Source of the DNA: a virus
Virus record (IMG/VR): IMGVR_UViG_3300025326_000063
Reading direction: 5' to 3' (one strand)
Length of the DNA stretch: 47,601 nucleotides
Each line of letters starts with the position of its first letter. Position 1 is the first letter of the stretch. Below the pieces are notes generated by a model. The model ran no database searches and was not told where the DNA came from. It saw only the letters and a program-made list of their open reading frames with translations. The translations under genes were made by a program, and so were the position numbers. Of the stretch, positions 6,702-12,282 are shown in pieces.

Positions 6702-6736
6702 AGGAGAATAAGGAGAATAAGGAGAATGAGGCGAAT
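6701..6736 (+). repeat. 9-bp tandem repeat AAGGAGAAT x3 (+1 degenerate): three tandem Shine-Dalgarno sequences
   Basis: AAGGAGAAT at 6701, 6710 and 6719, then GAGGCGAAT at 6728. ATGs at 6726 and 6735. Confidence 0.9.
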
Positions 6737-7160
6737 GACAAAAAAACGGGCTTGGGTCTGGTGCTCCAAATATATTCGTTTGAGGGATGCGGTGGAGTTT
6801 CATTGTCGGCATCCTGCCTTTGCCTTTGGTTACGTCGCTTGTTGTACCTGCGGAACGATAATAACGTGGAATAAGAATTGTGACGCCGGACATTTTATCT
6901 CACGGGGAATAGGCGGGTCGAGCGGGGTTTATTTCGATGAGCGGAACATCCACGCACAATGCAAAGGTTGTAACGCTTGGCGGCAGGGCAATCCTTTGGC
7001 TTACCGAAAATTCATGCTGGGAAAATATGGCGAAGAAACGATAAATGAGTTATGGCTGCGTCATCGGTGTAATAAGAACGACGCACGAGCAATCGCAGGT
7101 TATGAATTATATTACAAGAGTGAGTATAATAAATTGGAGGAGGAGTATCTGAAATTATGA
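6726..7160 (+). CDS. ninG: NinG/Rap-like recombination endonuclease
   Basis: KRAWVWCSKYIRLRDA...CCTCG...DAGHFISRG...VYFDERNIHAQCKGCN matches the lambda NinG family pattern. The start may be 6735. Confidence 0.7.
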   Translation: MRRMTKKRAWVWCSKYIRLRDAVEFHCRHPAFAFGYVACCTCGTIITWNKNCDAGHFISRGIGGSSGVYFDERNIHAQCKGCNAWRQGNPLAYRKFMLGKYGEETINELWLRHRCNKNDARAIAGYELYYKSEYNKLEEEYLKL

Positions 7161-7405
7161 GGCAAATTAAAGGTATTAGTCACATACATGGAAAAGTTGA
7201 GACTGAGCAGAGAGGCAATGATATTTTATTGTGGGGTCTTTATATGGGTATTTACGGTGAGAAGGAGAAGGAATTGTTGTGGATGAATCCAAGTGACGCC
7301 ATAATGAATGGTTGCAAAGCGGCTTTGGCGGCCGGGCCGGTTGACTTGCGCGTGGACGGGCCGCCTGAGTTAGAACACGAACAGTACTTCTACAGGAAAA
7401 TATGA
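7157..7405 (+). CDS. Hypothetical protein
   Basis: 82-aa ORF. ATGA overlap with the ninG stop. Confidence 0.5.
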   Translation: MRQIKGISHIHGKVETEQRGNDILLWGLYMGIYGEKEKELLWMNPSDAIMNGCKAALAAGPVDLRVDGPPELEHEQYFYRKI

Positions 7406-7420
7406 CATATGACATATGAC
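7400..7420 (+). repeat. Heptamer tandem repeat ATATGAC x3 at a stop/start junction
   Basis: ATATGAC at 7400, 7407 and 7414. Contains the TGA stop (7403-7405) and ATGs at 7402, 7409 and 7416 in three different frames. Confidence 0.9.
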
Positions 7421-7624
7421 ATGAAACTTGACTGGCTGGAAATCTGGCGCGAGTTCGACGAATGGTTTGATAATCCGCGAGCCATATGCCAGGATGAATG
7501 GCTCGCTCAAAAACGGGCCATACAACGTATTGTAAATAAAGAAGTGAAGCAAGCGTATCGTAATGCCGAACGGAAAGGAAGGCGAAATGGAAAAGTGGAT
7601 TGCGCTAATGGAATTGATTGTTAG
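7409..7624 (+). CDS. Hypothetical protein
   Basis: 71-aa ORF starting inside the heptamer repeat. Confidence 0.45.
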   Translation: MTYDMKLDWLEIWREFDEWFDNPRAICQDEWLAQKRAIQRIVNKEVKQAYRNAERKGRRNGKVDCANGIDC

Positions 7625-7745
7625 CACGTGGCCGTTGATCAAAATGTTATTGGACGCCATTACGGATCCGGCAGCGAAGAAGGCCGCCGAGGTTAAAGTA
7701 TCGGCGGCGTGGAGTGCAATGTTGACCGATGCAATGAAGGCATAG
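7587..7745 (+). CDS. Small hydrophobic protein (possible membrane protein)
   Basis: ATG 7587 follows GGAAAGGAAGG. MEKWIALMELIVSTWPLIKMLL gives a hydrophobic N-terminus. Confidence 0.4.
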   Translation: MEKWIALMELIVSTWPLIKMLLDAITDPAAKKAAEVKVSAAWSAMLTDAMKA

Positions 7746-7896
7746 GAAAGAAAGGCAAGTTTAAGTCTGGGGTTGCTTTAATTCTGCAACTGCCTGTTTG
7801 CCCTCAAAGACTTTCCAGTTCTTTGAACGCTCCTCGATAGAACCGTTGTCGTCGAATTGCTCTGGCGATGCTTTCCGCCCCCGATGAGAGAGGCGC

Positions 7897-7920
7897 ATAA
7901 AAAAGGGCCATCCCTGGCCC
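7897..7920 (-). terminator. Rho-independent terminator of the leftward operon
   Basis: The reverse strand reads GGGCCA-GGGA-TGGCCC followed by TTTTTTAT. Lies 22 nt downstream of the stop of gene 7942-8139. Confidence 0.6.
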
Positions 7921-7941
7921 CAGGCAGACAATCCCTTACTT

Positions 7942-8139
7942 TCAGGAAGTTGGCTCAATAGTCCACGCCGGCGATTGGTGCGGTTCATGGGCGGCGGTAG
8001 CCGTATTATCCTTGAGGCATACCGCCCTTTTAACGCCGGTGGCGGCGCGAACCCACGTCAAAGCCTCGGGATATGTGTTGAATACATGGCATTGCAACTG
8101 CTTGCCGCCACAATATGTTGTGGCTATAACTTTCCTCAT
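7942..8139 (-). CDS. Hypothetical protein
   Basis: ATG at 8139 is preceded by AGGAG plus 8 nt. 65 aa. Confidence 0.45.
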   Translation of the reverse strand: MRKVIATTYCGGKQLQCHVFNTYPEALTWVRAATGVKRAVCLKDNTATAAHEPHQSPAWTIEPTS

Positions 8140-8159
8140 TTTCAATACTCCTACTACCC

Positions 8160-8351
8160 TTAAAACCCAGCCCTATCGAGAAGATGTACTAACTCAGTGC
8201 GTTGCTCGGGTGTTATATTATTCCGGGTGTCGAACCACTGGAGCACAATATCAAATGACGTGAAGTCATACGAACATATTGGGCAAAGCCCGGTATCGGC
8301 AAGTGTCTCAGGCTCGAATATGCAGCCACATTTCGGACATTGTATAATCAT
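8160..8351 (-). CDS. Zinc-ribbon hypothetical protein
   Basis: MIIQCPKCGCIF...CPICSYDF. AGGAG lies upstream. Confidence 0.55.
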   Translation of the reverse strand: MIIQCPKCGCIFEPETLADTGLCPICSYDFTSFDIVLQWFDTRNNITPEQRTELVHLLDRAGF

Positions 8352-8496
8352 AGATTTTTACTCCTACAGGCCAGGGCTGCAAGCCCCGGCGGTTAGTCAT
8401 AATATCCGGCCTGCCGTTACTGCTGTCCGAGACGGGCTTAATCACCGTCGTTACGCAGCATAGGGCGGCAAGCCGGGCGGGGCGGCTTTGACAGGC

Positions 8497-8700
8497 CTAT
8501 TCACAGATGAGATCAAGAACATTTATACCATTTTTGCGGTCATCAGGCGTTATATCACAATCACTTAGGTCGCCCCGCACGTCGCTTAGGTCGCCCCACA
8601 CGCCGCCCCACACGCCGCTTAGGTCGCCCCACACGCCGGGCGGTGGTCCGTTGATGTGGCTCTCTCGATGTCGGCAGTTTTGTCCGCTATTCGCGCTCAT
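8497..8700 (-). CDS. Small repeat protein (GVWGDLS heptad repeats)
   Basis: Start overlaps the stop of the upstream ATPase (ATGA). The central part is encoded by 21-bp tandem repeats. Confidence 0.45.
   Translation of the reverse strand: MSANSGQNCRHRESHINGPPPGVWGDLSGVWGGVWGDLSDVRGDLSDCDITPDDRKNGINVLDLICE
8564..8638. repeat. 21-bp in-frame tandem repeat (3 full copies + one 12-bp partial)
   Basis: CTTAGGTCGCCCC(G/A)CACG(T/C)CG at 8564, 8585 and 8618. Partial copy CCCCACACGCCG at 8606. Confidence 0.9.
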
Positions 8701-9350
8701 AGTTTATCTCCTAAAGTCATCGTTCCTGTTTCTACCGCCTGCAACATAGCTCTACAGTTGTTCTTACAGTCCTGAGCAAGCCGATAATATGCCTGATCCG
8801 GTTTGCCGTCCAGGTTCTCAAGCCCAGCGATCCGTTTAACGTGGGCGGCGAATATCTTGGCGAGGCCCTGAGTCGTTAAGGCAATTTCGATGCACCTGCT
8901 TGTCAAAGGCGCGGCGTCGGTTTTGTCCTCGAACATCACAAGCTGATTTTCCCGTGTGGTTGTAAAGATGAAAACGCAATGTTTGGGTATGCGTTCCAAG
9001 ATTCCGAGTAGCCGTCTCATAGCGGCCCGGCGAAGCCCGTGCGCCTCTTCGATAATAAAGCATCGGCCCCCCTTCCCGCCGCCATATAGTTGCATTGTAC
9101 GCTCCAGGCTGTCGAGCTCCGTCGTCGTTAGTGCGTCCGCACTATCATACTGCTGAATGAACCAGTCGTCCGCACCTATTCTGGCGATAATCCGGGCAAG
9201 CGAACTTTTACCTGTACCCGACGCCCCACTAATGAACCAGGCTCGGCCTCCCCAGCCGGTTTTCAGCACCTTTTCTATTGCTTTCACGGCCTTGCCCTGG
9301 CCAAGCACGTCTTCAAACCGAACCGGTCTGTACTTTTCATACAGTTGCAT
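8697..9350 (-). CDS. DnaX/RFC-like clamp-loader AAA+ ATPase (N-terminal module only)
   Basis: KYRPVRFEDVLGQ. GASGTGKS is Walker A. FIIEEAHGL is Walker B. FIFTTT also present. 217 aa. Confidence 0.7.
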   Translation of the reverse strand: MQLYEKYRPVRFEDVLGQGKAVKAIEKVLKTGWGGRAWFISGASGTGKSSLARIIARIGADDWFIQQYDSADALTTTELDSLERTMQLYGGGKGGRCFIIEEAHGLRRAAMRRLLGILERIPKHCVFIFTTTRENQLVMFEDKTDAAPLTSRCIEIALTTQGLAKIFAAHVKRIAGLENLDGKPDQAYYRLAQDCKNNCRAMLQAVETGTMTLGDKL

Positions 9351-9519
9351 TAGATAGTCTCCTCAAACAGTTTTCAACGGCTTGCCAATTATCTGTTAAG
9401 TAGGCATTGAAAGCAACCACATCCAAGTCGTTCCATTCATCGTCGGCTAGTTTGTCGATAACTACGTCATACTGTTTTGCCAACACGAACAGCTTTTGAA
9501 TTTTCTGTTTGCCTGTCAT
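9337..9519 (-). CDS. Hypothetical protein
   Basis: 60-aa ORF with GAGAGGA upstream. Overlaps the ATPase start by 14 nt. Confidence 0.45.
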   Translation of the reverse strand: MTGKQKIQKLFVLAKQYDVVIDKLADDEWNDLDVVAFNAYLTDNWQAVENCLRRLSNATV

Positions 9520-9522
9520 AAT

Positions 9523-9708
9523 TCATCCTCTCGGATGCGCCCTAAACTCGACGCAGTTGTTTTGGTTGTCTTTGTTTCGTTGTAGAATTCCCGCCGCGAC
9601 GCCTTGTGCCAATTCGCTATTGGATTGTAGTAGCTTTTCTTGGTCAAAGCTCTCCGGGTTGTTATACCCGGCCGCAAAACCTTTTCGATATGCGAAGTTC
9701 TGTGTCAT
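9523..9708 (-). CDS. Hypothetical protein
   Basis: 61-aa ORF preceded by a copy of the hairpin-TTTTAGG element. Confidence 0.45.
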   Translation of the reverse strand: MTQNFAYRKGFAAGYNNPESFDQEKLLQSNSELAQGVAAGILQRNKDNQNNCVEFRAHPRG

Positions 9709-9755
9709 AAATCATCCCTAAAATGGGCGTCCCTGCCCGGTTTGCGATCCGTCTA
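9709..9755 (-). promoter_or_regulatory. Intercistronic repeat element, copy 2 (GC hairpin + ATTTTAGG + start)
   Basis: The reverse strand reads TAGACGGATCGCAAACCGGGCAGGGACGCCCATTTTAGGGATGATTTATG. About 80% identical to copy 1. Confidence 0.6.
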
Positions 9756-9812
9756 TTTGCTCTAACAGCACACGCCCTCGGCCCGCTCCGCACAAGCTCC
9801 GGGCAAGGGCTA

Positions 9813-9974
9813 TCATTTCGGCGGCTGTAGCAAGGCCCATAGAGCCGGATTAGAGTCGGCTGTTATCTGTGAGACCTTAACAGGCTCTACTACAGTCATA
9901 CACTTGTCGCAGGCTTCCCCCGAATCGTTGCAGAACGTACAAGGAAAGTGCGGAACATTGTCTAAAGTATTCAT
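9813..9974 (-). CDS. Cys-rich hypothetical protein, 53 aa (below the ORF-track cutoff)
   Basis: ATG 9974 is preceded by AGGAG. Translates to MNTLDNVPHFPCTFCNDSGEACDKCMTVVEPVKVSQITADSNPALWALLQPPK. Confidence 0.45.
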   Translation of the reverse strand: MNTLDNVPHFPCTFCNDSGEACDKCMTVVEPVKVSQITADSNPALWALLQPPK

Positions 9975-10025
9975 CTTGCGTACTCCTAAAATGGCCCATT
10001 CCTGGGCCGGTTGACGATCCGTCTA
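9975..10025 (-). promoter_or_regulatory. Intercistronic repeat element, copy 1
   Basis: The reverse strand reads TAGACGGATCGTCAACCGGCCCAGGAATGGGCCATTTTAGGAGTACGCAAGATG. Stem GGCCCA/TGGGCC, then a U-run fused to the SD. Confidence 0.6.
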
Positions 10026-10223
10026 AGTTTCGTAGCTCCAATGACCGTTTTGCTCCATGTAGATTTTTGCCGTAGTCCAGCCTGCTCTGCCCAACTCGCG
10101 CGCTTTGATATGATCGCCCAAAACCACGAGCAATTTGTCAAGCGTACTCCGTGTTTCTTTTACTGCCGGGCGCAGGCCCTTCTGTACACGGCGGCTTTTC
10201 CGTGCCGGATTTAATACCTTCAT
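10023..10223 (-). CDS. Hypothetical basic protein (first gene of the leftward operon)
   Basis: 66-aa ORF preceded by element copy 3. Confidence 0.5.
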   Translation of the reverse strand: MKVLNPARKSRRVQKGLRPAVKETRSTLDKLLVVLGDHIKARELGRAGWTTAKIYMEQNGHWSYET

Positions 10224-10272
10224 CTTACATACTCCTAAAATTGCGGCCCCGGGCCCGGCGACGAACCTGAGA
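10224..10272 (-). promoter_or_regulatory. Intercistronic/leader repeat element, copy 3
   Basis: The reverse strand reads TCTCAGGTTCGTCGCCGGGCCCGGGGCCGCAATTTTAGGAGTATGTAAGATG. Confidence 0.55.
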
Positions 10273-10341
10273 GGGGAATGTGCCGAACCGCGAGGCCGCT
10301 AAGTGTGTTTCATTTGAAATTCTCAGGTTCATCATAATATT

Positions 10342-10370
10342 ATCATAAACTAACCACGCGGCATAGTCAA
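10342..10370 (-). promoter_or_regulatory. Strong sigma70-like leftward promoter
   Basis: The reverse strand reads TTGACT (10370-10365), 17-nt spacer, TATGAT (10347-10342). Confidence 0.55.
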
Positions 10371-10490
10371 GGAAAAAACAAACAAAGAAACAAGATAACT
10401 TAACAGAGAATGGGTAAGCCGTTGTATTATAAAGACTTATGGCGGGCGAAGAATCTATTTGGGCAGAGTGAAATCTTTTTTTATTTCTAC

Positions 10491-10519
10491 TTGACTCGGC
10501 GGTTTGATGTGCGTAAAGT
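10491..10519 (+). promoter_or_regulatory. Sigma70-like rightward promoter
   Basis: TTGACT (10491-10496), 17-nt spacer, TAAAGT (10514-10519). Preceded by a T-rich tract. Confidence 0.45.
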
Positions 10520-10739
10520 GGTGGATGACAGGCAGGCTCGTGCCTGTTCTTGACAGTCTTTACGGGCCTTGCCTGCCTTATAATAGGTGATTGCGGCCGT
10601 TAAGCCGACGAGGCAGCAGCAGGGAACCATGGGTAGGGCAAAGATATATACTCGCAGGAATGAGCGAAAACGGCACAAAGAGAATAACCCTTCCAGACTA
10701 TTATCCTTGCATTGAAATATTAAGTTAGGCAACACGAAC

Positions 10740-10778
10740 GCGGAGCAAACAAATAGCGGAGCCAAATAAGCGCGGAGA
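10740..10778 (+). repeat. Three phased direct repeats GCGGAG(C/A)
   Basis: Copies start at 10740, 10756 and 10772, an exact 16-bp spacing. Confidence 0.8.
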
Positions 10779-10782
10779 CTAA

Positions 10783-10974
10783 ATGGTTAGAACAACGACT
10801 AATGCACCTGTAGATATTGGAGACTACCCCGAAAGTAGTAAACCTAACAGGTTAGTTATAGAAAGTGTAAAGCAAGGCAAAACAAGCCATAAGGAGCCAC
10901 AAGCGCATAAAAAAAGCAGAGGGAGTAAGACCAGCCATTACACTGAAGGGACTACAAGGCTGAGGGAGCTATAG
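10783..10974 (+). CDS. Doubtful hypothetical ORF
   Basis: ATG with GGAG 6 nt upstream, but the product is hydrophilic and low-complexity, and it lies in a repeat-rich leader. Confidence 0.25.
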   Translation: MVRTTTNAPVDIGDYPESSKPNRLVIESVKQGKTSHKEPQAHKKSRGSKTSHYTEGTTRLREL

Positions 10975-11181
10975 AGATGAGGGGGCTATGCCCTCCATTC
11001 ATACCAGCGAAGACATGCCTCCTGCCCATTTTAAGTTAGTACAGGCAGCCTTAAAAGGCAGGGTACGGCAGGGTGTAGGTGGAGTGCAGAGGGTGGGTAG
11101 GGGCAATAGGAGTTACCCTTAACCCATGTTCGGATTTTTGCACAAATTTTACATAAGAATTTACGGTATAAGGGGTTAGGT

Positions 11182-11622
11182 ATGTACAAGGACAAGGGAA
11201 GGCAGGTGGCAGCAAGTAAGGAACGGATGCGGCGTTATCGGGAGCGGAGGGGTGTAACGCTGGAAGGCGTAACAAAACAGGGTGTAACAGTATCGATGGA
11301 TGTTACACCTAAGGACTGTAGATGTCGTCATTGTCGGAACAACGAGGCCTCGGGTGGTACGATGGTATTGAACCACGGGTCGTACAAGCGTGCGGACCAG
11401 CTTGGCGTGGGGGAGTTTAATCGGGTGAGTTTGCCTGGTGATGGGGACTTTTCAGTAGAAGGTCGTCGGTATGATAGTCGGTCGACGAATGTGAGCAATC
11501 ACAGCAAGGCGGGGGTGGCGTTGTTAAGGCACTTGCAGACACATAGCATTTCTGAGCTTGAGGGTGAGGGCTACTGGGTACCAACCTGGAAGCACAAAGA
11601 GGAATTAGCAGGGTCTGTCTGA
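11182..11622 (+). CDS. Hypothetical protein upstream of terminase (RYRERR + GVT repeats)
   Basis: 146 aa. KERMRRYRERRGVTLEGVTKQGVTVSMDVT. GGTTAGGT lies upstream. Confidence 0.55.
   Translation: MYKDKGRQVAASKERMRRYRERRGVTLEGVTKQGVTVSMDVTPKDCRCRHCRNNEASGGTMVLNHGSYKRADQLGVGEFNRVSLPGDGDFSVEGRRYDSRSTNVSNHSKAGVALLRHLQTHSISELEGEGYWVPTWKHKEELAGSV
11251..11309 (+). repeat. GGYGTAAC x3 direct (15-bp phasing) + 1 inverted copy; candidate terminase recognition (pac-like) site
   Basis: GGTGTAAC 11251, GGCGTAAC 11266, GGTGTAAC 11281, and inverted GTTACACC at 11302-11309. Confidence 0.4.
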
Positions 11623-11643
11623 GGCGAAGTACGGAGCACAAAG

Positions 11644-12282
11644 GTGAATTTTCCCAAGATATTGCAGGTAGATGGCAAGTTAAACAATCGGCGGGCTCAT
11701 CGAAGTTCGGCGTTATATGACAGGGTTCATTTTCCTGGTGTAGCGGCGAAGTTAACTGCTTGCGGGTTCACTCGGAGCGAGTTGGGTTACGTTTTAGGTG
11801 TTAGTGAGACTACGGTAGCAAACTGGTTGCGTGAACATCCTGAGTTTGCTGCGGCGATAGCGGATGCTCAGGAGAGCACGGTGAAGTTTTTAGTAGCTCA
11901 GGCGATGCGCAGCGCGGTGGGTTACGAGTACGTGGAGAGCAGGCGTAGTTTTAGGATTATTGAGGGTAAGCGGGTTCAGGTAGGGGAGGAGAGTTGGACG
12001 CGGGTTCGTGAGCCTTCTGAGGCTCTTTTGATGTTCTTAATGATAAATATGAGTAAGGGTCAGTTTAAGAACACGCGGTTTATTGAGACTAAGAGTACGA
12101 GTGTAAGCGCGAATTTAGATGTTCGGGGCGAGTTAGAGGCTGAGGAGATACGGAAGTTGGCGGGCAAGTTGAGTATTATAGCGGATGATAGGGAGAGAGT
12201 TGGAAGCACTATCCAAAATCGAGACTCCGGCGGAGTTCTGGTCGAAGATACCGAGGGAGCAGAGCGCGAACCTGCTATTTAG
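11644..12282 (+). CDS. terS: Terminase small subunit
   Basis: HTH segment TRSELGYVLGVSETTVANWLREHPEFAAAI. Lies immediately upstream of and overlapping TerL. GTG start. Confidence 0.7.
   Translation: MNFPKILQVDGKLNNRRAHRSSALYDRVHFPGVAAKLTACGFTRSELGYVLGVSETTVANWLREHPEFAAAIADAQESTVKFLVAQAMRSAVGYEYVESRRSFRIIEGKRVQVGEESWTRVREPSEALLMFLMINMSKGQFKNTRFIETKSTSVSANLDVRGELEAEEIRKLAGKLSIIADDRERVGSTIQNRDSGGVLVEDTEGAEREPAI

Noticed and set aside
7761-7988. 75-aa reverse-strand ORF at the end of the leftward operon
   Set aside because: A good reverse-strand intrinsic terminator (7897-7920) lies inside it, and it overlaps the preceding gene by 47 nt. It is probably not translated.
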